The position numbers and the translations under genes were made by a program. Below, piece by piece: positions 16,174 through 23,944 of a stretch of DNA of 49,838 nucleotides. Below the pieces are notes generated by a model, which did not search any database, had not been told where the DNA came from, and worked only from the letters and a program-made list of their open reading frames with translations. The stretch spans positions 118,548 through 168,385 of the IMG/VR virus record IMGVR_UViG_3300046477_000062; one strand, 5' to 3'. The first letter of the stretch is position 1. The number at the start of each line of letters is the position of its first letter. This DNA is from a virus. Taxonomy: Duplodnaviria > Heunggongvirae > Uroviricota > Caudoviricetes.

Positions 16174-16339
16174 GATTGAAGTCAGTCCATTTGAACAGGC
16201 CGGTATCGACCAAGGCCGACTGCATCCCATTCCTGAACAGATTACGGAAGGTGGTGAAGGGCATCGTGATTTCGATGCCCTCGATGTTCAGCGTGACGCT
16301 TCGCGCGTCCTTATTGACTGTCGTGTATGCTGCGCTCAT
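16157..16339 (-). CDS. Hypothetical protein (60 aa)
   Basis: Start re-called to MSAAYTT at 16339. Confidence 0.6.
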   Translation of the reverse strand: MSAAYTTVNKDARSVTLNIEGIEITMPFTTFRNLFRNGMQSALVDTGLFKWTDFNHEEHF

Positions 16340-16344
16340 TTCGA

Positions 16345-16431
16345 TTAGAAGAACTCGCTGATGATGTAGCCGATGATCGCACCGACCGGGATGGACAGAA
16401 GGAACCATTCAAACGATGTGAGTTTTCTCAT
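16345..16431 (-). CDS. Single-pass membrane micro-protein (28 aa), not in ORF track
   Basis: MRKLTSFEWFLLSIPVGAIIGYIISEFF with AAGGA SD; fills the gap exactly. Confidence 0.65.
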   Translation of the reverse strand: MRKLTSFEWFLLSIPVGAIIGYIISEFF

Positions 16432-16442
16432 GTTCTTTTCCT

Positions 16443-16619
16443 TTATGGACAACACCGTGGGCTTCCGCCGCAATAGTGTTGGTAGTTCCAGTCATCGGGG
16501 TCGATTTCTTCTGGACCACAGTAGATGTCGGTCCACTTACCACAGCAACAGCATTCCATCTGGAATTCATCCCCGAACAATCGAATCCCCGGATTGACTG
16601 GAATGAGTTCAGTGATCAC
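16443..16619 (-). CDS. Cys-rich small protein (58 aa)
   Basis: GTG start overlapping upstream gene; MECCCCGKW...YCG...HYCGGSPRCCP. Confidence 0.65.
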   Translation of the reverse strand: MITELIPVNPGIRLFGDEFQMECCCCGKWTDIYCGPEEIDPDDWNYQHYCGGSPRCCP

Positions 16620-16785
16620 GTTTGCTCGCTTCGTAGTTCGCCCATTCTTGAATGGCATGATCGACGGTATCCGTCTTGTAGCCAAGCCCCAGAAGTTCCG
16701 AACGCAGTTTGTCTGTGGTCTTGATTTGGTATTGCTTCGCGAGTGCCACAGCATCACGCACGCAGTAGAAGACTTCGACGTTCAT
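16609..16785 (-). CDS. Hypothetical protein (58 aa), not in ORF track
   Basis: MNVEVFYCVRDAVALAKQY...; ATGA-coupled to 16782-16952. Confidence 0.6.
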   Translation of the reverse strand: MNVEVFYCVRDAVALAKQYQIKTTDKLRSELLGLGYKTDTVDHAIQEWANYEASKRDH

Positions 16786-16952
16786 CGCATGACCCTATAG
16801 TTTCGTTCGATGATGACTTGTAGGCAGTAGTCCAGCGTTGCGTTTACCATCAATTCACCGGTGAAGGCGTCAACGATGGTTGCGAACAAAATAGGGCGAC
16901 CGTCGCCCTTGCCGTGATACACGGCCATCTTCACTTCGCGTTCTTCGTTCAC
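16782..16952 (-). CDS. Hypothetical protein (56 aa), not in ORF track
   Basis: GTGA-coupled; MNEEREVKMAVYHGKGDGRPILFATIVDAFTGELMVNATLDYCLQVIIERNYRVMR. Confidence 0.6.
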   Translation of the reverse strand: MNEEREVKMAVYHGKGDGRPILFATIVDAFTGELMVNATLDYCLQVIIERNYRVMR

Positions 16953-17251
16953 TTCTTCTCCGCGATGTAGAGAGTCGTTCCAATCGGGACATCGGATGCA
17001 GCGAAAGCGACCATCGTGAAGCCATCCGTTCCCGGCATAGTTCCGGTCGTTCCGACTTGCTTGAACTGCCGTTCATCTTGTTCGACCTTACATGCCGCTT
17101 CGATGTCGGCCAGTGCCTTCTGTTCGTGCGCGACGTAAGACTGATCGTAGCCATCATTCATCGCCATCAAACCTAGACCTTCGCGCCAGATGTGGATGTG
17201 CGTACTGACCATTTCGGCCAATGACTTGTGGCCCTTCAAGTGTTCGTTCAT
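16949..17251 (-). CDS. Hypothetical protein (100 aa)
   Basis: ATGA coupling; C-terminal TMPGTDGFTMVAFAASDVPIGT. Confidence 0.7.
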   Translation of the reverse strand: MNEHLKGHKSLAEMVSTHIHIWREGLGLMAMNDGYDQSYVAHEQKALADIEAACKVEQDERQFKQVGTTGTMPGTDGFTMVAFAASDVPIGTTLYIAEKK

Positions 17252-17598
17252 TCCAGAATTGCCCTCACTTCGCGGCCAAACTGCGCAAGCGCGATTTCGC
17301 CATGTTCAAAATCGTAGTGCCAGTTCCACTTCCCGCTGTATGGATTGAGGCGCGAATTGGGACCATGCGGGATGACTTTCTTCGCGGCATCGGTATCTTC
17401 GAACCGGGCGAAGATCGTCCAGATGGTTCCCTCGACATCGAGAGACATGCGAAGCTGACCGGCCTTCGTGTCGATGAACCAGTACTTATCTTCGTAGTCG
17501 CCGGTCTGTTCGTTCCTCACCGCGCCAAGGGCAAGGAACGCACCTTCGATCTGGCGGGCTGCATCTTCGCGAACTTTCTTTGCGATTCGTTTCGTCAT
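17248..17598 (-). CDS. Hypothetical protein (116 aa)
   Basis: GGGAG SD; LNPYSGKWNWHY motif. Confidence 0.75.
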   Translation of the reverse strand: MTKRIAKKVREDAARQIEGAFLALGAVRNEQTGDYEDKYWFIDTKAGQLRMSLDVEGTIWTIFARFEDTDAAKKVIPHGPNSRLNPYSGKWNWHYDFEHGEIALAQFGREVRAILE

Positions 17599-17608
17599 GT
17601 TTTCTCCC

Positions 17609-17953
17609 TTAGTTCAGCGTGCTGATGTTGTCCAGAATTCCCAGACCCTTCGCGAACACGCCGTCCTTCTTGGCCCATTCGATGATGAAGGCGTTCACCT
17701 TGCGCTTCGGAATCTGGCTGAAGGGAAGCTGCACGTCCACATCCTGACCGTTCAGGGTTCCGTGGCAGTACGACACGTCCCAGACCGGGTAGCCCGGATC
17801 GCTGATCAGACGCAGACGCGTGACCTTCAGACCCTTCGTGGTCCAGTCCACCAGACCGCCGTGGTTGATGGTGCGTTGGCAATGGTAGTCCACTGCATCC
17901 ACCAGACCGTTTTGTTCCTTCGTGCCGTAGATGTCGCGGTTGATCGTGTTCAT
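17609..17953 (-). CDS. Hypothetical early protein (114 aa)
   Basis: GGGAG SD, first gene after early promoter; RLRLISDPGYPVWDVSYCHG. Confidence 0.8.
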   Translation of the reverse strand: MNTINRDIYGTKEQNGLVDAVDYHCQRTINHGGLVDWTTKGLKVTRLRLISDPGYPVWDVSYCHGTLNGQDVDVQLPFSQIPKRKVNAFIIEWAKKDGVFAKGLGILDNISTLN

Positions 17954-17966
17954 GTCCGTCGCTCCC

Positions 17967-17972
17967 TAAATA
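17967..17972 (+). promoter_or_regulatory. Putative late promoter for gp5
   Basis: CTAAATAG 78 nt upstream of the gp5 ATG. Confidence 0.55.
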
Positions 17973-17985
17973 GTTGATAAGTGTG

Positions 17986-18014
17986 ATTCTAGCCAAAGTC
18001 GGGGTAGGTGTCAA
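17986..18014 (-). promoter_or_regulatory. Sigma70-like early promoter of island 1
   Basis: TTGACA (18014-18009), 17-nt spacer, TAGAAT (17991-17986). Confidence 0.75.
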
Positions 18015-18049
18015 CTACTTTCGTACTTGGGAATTCAAAAAGGTTAAAC

Positions 18050-21034
18050 ATGGAATATTTCATCGGCGTCGTGGAAGACCGACTCGATCCTTTGCAGCTT
18101 GGTCGGTGTCGTGTCCGCGTCTTTGGCGTTCATACCGAAGACAAGGGAGACTTGCCTACGGCTGATCTGCCGTGGGCCATGCCAGTGACCCCGATCAACA
18201 GCGCAAGCACGTCTGGGGTCGGACAGTCGCCCACAGGCATCGTCAATGGCGCATGGGTCGTCGGATTCTTCATGGATGGGGAAGATCGTCAGCAGTTTAT
18301 GATGACGGGCACACTCACGTCCATTCAAGCTGCAACGATCATCAAGCAGCAAACGACGACCACATCCAACACCACGACAACGACGACTACCGCAACAGCT
18401 TCGGCCCCGGTCGCTGCGGGTGCAACCGCTGTAACAGATTCCAAGCCTGTCGTCAATACCGTCTCAGGTACGGTCGATCCAACCACGGTTCGTCAACCGG
18501 GCGGATGGGTTCTGGGTCAGACCTCGAAGCAGTATGAATCGGGTGGGAAGGGTCCGGGCACGATCAACAGCTACACGAACTCTGGTGACTTGGGCGGTGC
18601 GTCCTATGGCACGTACCAGTTCGCCTCATACCTTCCGGCCAAGATGCCGAATGGTAAGTCACGTCCAAACCCGACGAACAGCCCTGTGGTCGCATACGTG
18701 GCGCAATCGAAGTATTCAAACAGGTTTGCAGGATGTACACCCGGTACGTCTGCATGGGACACGGCATGGAAGGGATGTGCAAGCGAAGACTCACTCGGCT
18801 TTGATGCGGATCAACACGCCTATGTGAAAACCAAGTACTACGATGTAATGATCGGCAACCTGAAGCGGGCTGGTCTTGATCTGACATCGTTTGGTGCGGG
18901 CGTTCAGGACTTGGTATGGTCTACGGCTGTTCAGATGGGACCGGCGCGAACATCGGTGTTCCTGACTCCGCTGAAGGGACAGACACGCCTTGATGACGTG
19001 ACCATCATCAACTTGGTGATGGACTACAAGATCGCGAACGTTCCGGTTCTGTTCTCGCGTTCCTCGGCTGCTATTCAGTCGGGCGTGGCTTCGCGCTACA
19101 AGAACGAGAAGACGGCGCTCCTGAAGCTGGCATCGCAATACAACAGCGCGGCACAGATCGCATCGACATCGGCAGAGAAGGATGCAGTTCTTCCGCCGAA
19201 GCCAGTCACGGCTATTCCGGCGAACCCGGATATTCCGAACTCTGTGGCGCAAGCATTTGCATCGAATTCGACGCTAACGACCACGTTCAATCCGAAGACG
19301 GATTCAGACAATCGTAACCTTCTGGCAATGACGGCAACGGGCTTCAGTGACCCAGACGGCATCTATCCGCTGAAAGAGTACGACAACGAACCGGACACGA
19401 ACAAGCTGGCGCGTGGTGTATCGGCGGGTACGGCATCAGAAGACAAGTCGCTCAATCGTGCAACGGGCATCCGTACAGCGGATGGCGACACGTTTGATCA
19501 GCCGATCAATCCCTACAATGCGCAGTATCCATACAACAAGGTGTTCCAGTCAGAAGCAGGGCACGTTGTTGAATACGATGATACGCCCGGTGCGGAACGT
19601 ATCAATGTCTATCACACATCAGGAACCTTCACAGAAATCGATGCCAATGGAAACATGGTGCGTCGCGTGGTTGGTTCGGATTACCAAATTACGGACGGGA
19701 ATGGCTATGTACGTGTGGAAGGCCGTTGTCATATCAGTGTTGGCGGTAGTGCTAATATCACTGTCGCAGCGGATGCCAATATCGAAGTCGATGGAGACGC
19801 ATTTCTCACCGTTGGGAATGACCTCGTTGCAGCAGCGGGCGGTCGTGCTCAGTTGAGTGCGGCAGAGGCAATTGATCTTCGTGCGCCGAACATCTACATC
19901 GAAGCTGATGAAGAACTGCATATGACGGCTGGTTCGAAGATCAACATCGAATCACAAGGTCCGATCAGCCAGAAGTCGGCTACGGCCACGATGATCGAAG
20001 CAGGGAACAACTTGGAAGTAACGGTTGGTGCGGACTATAACCTGAATGCTGGCGGTCATGGCAACATCCAGACGACAGGTGATGCGAACATTCAGGCGGG
20101 CGGTTCTGCGAAGTTGTATGGCACATCGTCAGCGCACCTGAAGTCAGCCGGTTCGACAAACCTCGATGGCGCTTCGATGAATATTCAGGCGGGTGCTTCG
20201 GTTCAGGCCGATGGTGCAAGTCCTGTTGCTCCCGAAGATGCAGAGTTCTCCGAAGCAGGTTTGATGGATGGCCGGATCAACTACGCGGAAGATGTCTTTG
20301 ATGATGAATTCCCGACCATTCAGGCAGATCGTCAAGCACTGGCAGTTGAGACGCCTGAAGAAGCGGCTAATGGCGGCACAGACACCGTTCGTGCGGCACT
20401 GGTTGAATCGGGTGTGGCAACTGCATCGGAACTGAATCAAGCGCCTGTAGCGCAGTCTGACGTACCGGTGATCACCTTGCCGACCATCGCTGTTCCTGTT
20501 GCCAACAACAAGTCGGACCCGAAGCAGATCGCCTACATCAAAACGTTGTCGGGCATTCCGCTTGGATTCAAGCTGACGCCGAACTTCACCTTGGGGCAGT
20601 TGTCGGCCAATGCTCCCGCGCAACGTGATCGAGTAAGGGCGCAATGTAACTTGACTGAGGGCGAAATCGTTGCCAACCTGTATGAAGTCGCAGTGAACAT
20701 CCTCGAACCCATCAAGGCTGCATATCCGAACATGTTCGTGACTAGTGCCTTCCGAGACTTCTCACATAACACCGTGAAGACTGTATCGCAGCACTGTTTG
20801 GGTTTGGCAGTGGACATGCAGTTTACCGGTGTAGCTAAGTCGGACTTCTATGACTTGGCAGGTGCGCTGAAGTCCTTGCTTCCCAACTACGACCAGTTCC
20901 TATTGGAATACAAGTCGTTCGGCACTGGAAATCCGTGGATTCATGTGAGTTTCAATTCGAAGGGAAATCGCGGACAAGTACTGACGATGTTCAACAACAA
21001 GGTACATGGGTCCGGGTTGATCAAGTTGGCCTAA
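18050..21034 (+). CDS. gp5: Baseplate central spike gp5: OB domain + lysozyme-like (VgrG3-C-like) domain + beta-helix + C-terminal M15-type peptidase
   Basis: FIGVVEDRLDPLQLGRCRVRVFG OB motif; YESGG..PG...DLGGASYGTYQ; YPYNKV..SEAGHVVEYDDTPGAERI; TSAFR...SQHCLGLAVD...PWIHVSF. Start re-called to ATG 18050. Confidence 0.92.
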   Translation: MEYFIGVVEDRLDPLQLGRCRVRVFGVHTEDKGDLPTADLPWAMPVTPINSASTSGVGQSPTGIVNGAWVVGFFMDGEDRQQFMMTGTLTSIQAATIIKQQTTTTSNTTTTTTTATASAPVAAGATAVTDSKPVVNTVSGTVDPTTVRQPGGWVLGQTSKQYESGGKGPGTINSYTNSGDLGGASYGTYQFASYLPAKMPNGKSRPNPTNSPVVAYVAQSKYSNRFAGCTPGTSAWDTAWKGCASEDSLGFDADQHAYVKTKYYDVMIGNLKRAGLDLTSFGAGVQDLVWSTAVQMGPARTSVFLTPLKGQTRLDDVTIINLVMDYKIANVPVLFSRSSAAIQSGVASRYKNEKTALLKLASQYNSAAQIASTSAEKDAVLPPKPVTAIPANPDIPNSVAQAFASNSTLTTTFNPKTDSDNRNLLAMTATGFSDPDGIYPLKEYDNEPDTNKLARGVSAGTASEDKSLNRATGIRTADGDTFDQPINPYNAQYPYNKVFQSEAGHVVEYDDTPGAERINVYHTSGTFTEIDANGNMVRRVVGSDYQITDGNGYVRVEGRCHISVGGSANITVAADANIEVDGDAFLTVGNDLVAAAGGRAQLSAAEAIDLRAPNIYIEADEELHMTAGSKINIESQGPISQKSATATMIEAGNNLEVTVGADYNLNAGGHGNIQTTGDANIQAGGSAKLYGTSSAHLKSAGSTNLDGASMNIQAGASVQADGASPVAPEDAEFSEAGLMDGRINYAEDVFDDEFPTIQADRQALAVETPEEAANGGTDTVRAALVESGVATASELNQAPVAQSDVPVITLPTIAVPVANNKSDPKQIAYIKTLSGIPLGFKLTPNFTLGQLSANAPAQRDRVRAQCNLTEGEIVANLYEVAVNILEPIKAAYPNMFVTSAFRDFSHNTVKTVSQHCLGLAVDMQFTGVAKSDFYDLAGALKSLLPNYDQFLLEYKSFGTGNPWIHVSFNSKGNRGQVLTMFNNKVHGSGLIKLA

Positions 21035-21460
21035 GAAACCAGTGACCGCGAAGCGCGTCCGAAGGACGGAACATGAAGTCCCAAATTCCCCTATTATGAA
21101 TAGTTGGTTCTAATGGGACTTCATGTATGCGCTTCGCGCGTCTCGCTTCGCTCGAAGCACTGGTTTTAGTTACTCATTAGAACCACTAATTAAATCACTA
21201 TAAAAGATAGTGTCCTCCCCCTTTACGTTTTGATCAGGACGAGCGTGGGTGCAGGACTAAGGCAACGCATAACCTGTGAATCTTGAACGCAAGAGTGGAC
21301 TACTCCCAAGTGATTCCGGCGTTCGCGGGTTTATTTGAATTCGACTTTCCTTGCGGTTCTTCGAATGCCAACGGTAGAAGGGTATGCCGTCTCGTTTCTG
21401 TTTATGAGGGTGTCTGTGCCCTTTTCATAGACGGGGTTGTTTGCCCCGTCCGTCTTGCTA
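21035..21460. other. Highly structured non-coding region (candidate replication origin or ncRNA)
   Basis: Nested perfect stems of 9, 10 and 13 bp plus several hairpins; no convincing ORF. Confidence 0.55.
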
Positions 21461-21464
21461 TTAC

Positions 21465-21950
21465 TTAGTCAGCCAGAAATTTTCTAACGTACTCGTTGAT
21501 TAGCTTCTCTTTGCTGCGTTGTCTTTCTGTGTACTGCTTTTGTTTCTTCTTTCCTACATGCGGCTTGCCACGACTTTCCAACTCACGGATCGTCTGTGAC
21601 TGTTCGGCGGCTTCCTCGGCCCGGATATTGGCATAGACGGCCTTCATCGCGTCCGTGACCGCCTTTCCTTCTTCCCGCTGTGCAATCATGCGGTCGAACG
21701 CTTTGGCACGTTCCTCGAACGTCAGTTCTTGCGCCTTTGCCTTCAGAACCTTCTCTGCCGGTCCCCACGTCTGATGCGACGAGATACAGACCGTAATTTC
21801 TATTCCATCGTATTCCGAAGTATCGGTCGCGACCACGTTGAACACGTTGCCCGACGATACGAACCGCTTACGACTTTCCCGATACATACCATCCGTCCCG
21901 GCCATGATTGACCGGGCGGTACTGGCAACTTCAATTCTCAAATCCCGCAT
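21465..21950 (-). CDS. Hypothetical protein with charged helical C-terminus (~161 aa)
   Basis: Coding-like ORF; start uncertain (21950/21962). Confidence 0.65.
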   Translation of the reverse strand: MRDLRIEVASTARSIMAGTDGMYRESRKRFVSSGNVFNVVATDTSEYDGIEITVCISSHQTWGPAEKVLKAKAQELTFEERAKAFDRMIAQREEGKAVTDAMKAVYANIRAEEAAEQSQTIRELESRGKPHVGKKKQKQYTERQRSKEKLINEYVRKFLAD

Positions 21951-22138
21951 TGCTCTTTCCATTCCTGATAGGGCATGAAGCATCCTTCGCTCCACCACTG
22001 GTCACGCCAGTCCAACTTATATCGATCCCCGAACAGGGTCGAATCTACGTCTTCAATCACGAACGGCGGTAGACCCGGTTGGCATCTGTTCTTGAATGCA
22101 ACAAGATCACCGACCTTGTATTTCTGTGGATAGATCAC
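21938..22138 (-). CDS. Small protein with YKVGD SH3-like motif (66 aa)
   Basis: GTGA-coupled start at 22138; MIYPQKYKVGDLVAF. Confidence 0.6.
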   Translation of the reverse strand: MIYPQKYKVGDLVAFKNRCQPGLPPFVIEDVDSTLFGDRYKLDWRDQWWSEGCFMPYQEWKEQCGI

Positions 22139-22365
22139 CAACGATCCCAATAGCTGTCGTTGTACTTTGGCAAACTGATCGCCTTCGTGACGGCGTGAAA
22201 GCAACCGGGAAGCGGACATGTGATTTGAAGGTAGTCCCCATCGCGCTGATCGGATACGTACTTGGCTTCACCCTGCTTGAACTGGAACATCGTCCTGCAA
22301 TGGCTACATGTGACGGTATATTCCTTCTCGGACGGAAGGCTACCTTGATTGATGATTTCTGGCAT
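22135..22365 (-). CDS. Zinc-ribbon protein (76 aa)
   Basis: TCSHC...ITCPLPGC. Confidence 0.75.
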   Translation of the reverse strand: MPEIINQGSLPSEKEYTVTCSHCRTMFQFKQGEAKYVSDQRDGDYLQITCPLPGCFHAVTKAISLPKYNDSYWDRW

Positions 22366-22373
22366 AGTTCGCT

Positions 22374-22400
22374 ATTATACCACGTTTGGGAATTCTTTAC
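22374..22400 (-). promoter_or_regulatory. Putative early promoter (strong -10, weak -35)
   Basis: GAATTCCCAAACGTGG-TATAAT (22379-22374), 8 nt before the ATG. Confidence 0.55.
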
Positions 22401-22552
22401 TTCTTCTTTTTGCTGTCGCGCTGCTTCGCTTCGGCAGCAAGCATGGCCTTCAGGAGTTCCAGTTCCGACACTTGGACGGGCATGGAGTGATATTCTTCAC
22501 CGCACGACTTGGCGGTTTCGATCAGGTAGTTCAGGTATTGTTCGGCGTTCAT
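22397..22552 (-). CDS. Hypothetical protein (51 aa)
   Basis: Start re-called to MNAEQYL (ATGA overlap). Confidence 0.6.
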   Translation of the reverse strand: MNAEQYLNYLIETAKSCGEEYHSMPVQVSELELLKAMLAAEAKQRDSKKKK

Positions 22553-22689
22553 TTCGGGATGAATCCACATGCGCGGCTGGCCCACAGCCATTCCGCAAAA
22601 TCGACGTTGTAGGGCTTGCGCAGACGGCGCGACATGTCGGCCTTGTGACGCAAGAAGTCAAGAAACATTTCGGTGGTGGTTTGCTTCAT
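22549..22689 (-). CDS. Hypothetical protein (46 aa), not in ORF track
   Basis: MKQTTTEMFLDFLRHKADMSRRLRKPYNVDFAEWLWASRACGFIPK; ATGA-coupled at both ends. Confidence 0.65.
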   Translation of the reverse strand: MKQTTTEMFLDFLRHKADMSRRLRKPYNVDFAEWLWASRACGFIPK

Positions 22690-22874
22690 ATCGGGTTTCC
22701 TCTTTCGTTGACGGCGTACTGGAACAGCACATCGAGCGTTTCCAGTTCTTTCTTGTTCCTTTCTTCTAGTTCTTTATCGATCCGTTCCAGTGCGCGACAG
22801 ACACGGATGGCGATGAAGTCTTGCTTGGTATCCAAGAGGATGTCACGGACTTCTTCGAGTGCCTTGTAGGTCAT
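22686..22874 (-). CDS. Hypothetical helical protein (62 aa)
   Basis: ATGA coupling. Confidence 0.65.
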   Translation of the reverse strand: MTYKALEEVRDILLDTKQDFIAIRVCRALERIDKELEERNKKELETLDVLFQYAVNERGNPI

Positions 22875-23059
22875 TCCGCATCCTTCTTGGTGGGTTGCAT
22901 CCGCATGGCGAGGATGAAGGCTTGCTTGATGTCGCTGCGGGCCTTCACGCGGTCAGCAAACCCGCCTTCGGATTGTGCGTAGGCATAGTCAGCCAGAAGC
23001 CCTTCGAACTTCTGCATCGCTTCGTATTCTTCGATGGACAGGTCTTTGGTGGTGATCAT
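22871..23059 (-). CDS. Hypothetical protein (62 aa)
   Basis: Start re-called to MITTKDL (ATGA overlap, AGGAG SD). Confidence 0.65.
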   Translation of the reverse strand: MITTKDLSIEEYEAMQKFEGLLADYAYAQSEGGFADRVKARSDIKQAFILAMRMQPTKKDAE

Positions 23060-23322
23060 GCGTTCTCCTTGTCGTAGTTCAGCCATTCGTTGATCGTCTT
23101 GACCGCTTGGGCCTTCGCTTCGAAGAACTTCAATGAGAAGTCGTGGCTGATGTGTTCAGCACATGCTCCCAGATTCTTCGAATATCGCACTTCGTAGTAG
23201 AAGTACGACTTACCGCCATCGACCTTACCCTTCTTGCGCTCGATCCATGCGAGAACCGTGTGGTTCTTGTCTTCGACGGTCCAGTCAAGAAGGCTTTGTT
23301 TCACTACGGTCAGTTTGGTCAT
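23056..23322 (-). CDS. Hypothetical early protein (88 aa)
   Basis: AGGAG SD; first gene after promoter. Confidence 0.75.
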   Translation of the reverse strand: MTKLTVVKQSLLDWTVEDKNHTVLAWIERKKGKVDGGKSYFYYEVRYSKNLGACAEHISHDFSLKFFEAKAQAVKTINEWLNYDKENA

Positions 23323-23352
23323 GTGATGCGCTCCTGTGTGTCAACGAGAAGC

Positions 23353-23381
23353 AGTGTACCAAACCTGAATCTCGTTGTCAA
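23353..23381 (-). promoter_or_regulatory. Sigma70-like early promoter
   Basis: TTGACA (23381-23376), 17-nt spacer, TACACT (23358-23353). Confidence 0.7.
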
Positions 23382-23397
23382 CATTCCCAGACGTGTT

Positions 23398-23721
23398 TTA
23401 GAACTTCATGAACGTCTTGTTTGTGACCGTCTGTGCGGGACGATCTGCCGCATCTTCATACACGAAGAAGGGCATGTCGTCAATCCACACGTCGATGCTG
23501 ATGCCGACCGCGAACATGAAGTCCTTCTTGGCCTGACGGTTGGTGAAGTAGATGCCATCCACTCGACCCGTCAGATCGTGCATCACCTGAAGACCTTCTT
23601 CCGGGCTGCGCATCGTCACGCAGTAGACCTTGTGGCCCCGGAATTGAAACTGCGCAATGAAGTCGTTCCAAGCCTTCGGATCGCGCGTGTAGGTGTTGTC
23701 ATAGTCAAGACTGATGTTCAT
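23398..23721 (-). CDS. Minimal HAD-superfamily phosphatase-like protein (107 aa)
   Basis: ISLDYDNT (DxD motif I), CVTMR (motif II), KK (motif III), WIDD (motif IV). Confidence 0.75.
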   Translation of the reverse strand: MNISLDYDNTYTRDPKAWNDFIAQFQFRGHKVYCVTMRSPEEGLQVMHDLTGRVDGIYFTNRQAKKDFMFAVGISIDVWIDDMPFFVYEDAADRPAQTVTNKTFMKF

Positions 23722-23944
23722 TGCGTTTCCTCACAAGTTCGAACATTTCGAACAGTTCCGACAGACGCAAAGTGTAGGTGCGCTTGCCGCCATTGATTTC
23801 TTTGAATTGGACTTCGAAGCTGTCTTTCAGGAAGTCGAACTCTTTGACGAGTGCATCCTTGCGGCGCGTCTCTCTCCATCGGTCACGAATTTCTTCTCTG
23901 GCAGCTTCTTTCATGTCCAGATAATCTTGGGATGGATCACTCAC
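23705..23944 (-). CDS. Hypothetical protein (79 aa)
   Basis: GTGA-coupled ORF. Confidence 0.6.
   Translation of the reverse strand: MSDPSQDYLDMKEAAREEIRDRWRETRRKDALVKEFDFLKDSFEVQFKEINGGKRTYTLRLSELFEMFELVRKRNEHQS

Noticed and set aside
18352-18420. Thr-rich low-complexity run in gp5
   Set aside because: Ordinary flexible linker between OB and lysozyme-like domains.
21270-21330. GTTCAAGATTC on the minus strand resembling a tRNA T-loop
   Set aside because: No compatible acceptor stem, D-arm or anticodon arm could be built; tRNAscan-SE/ARAGORN would settle it.
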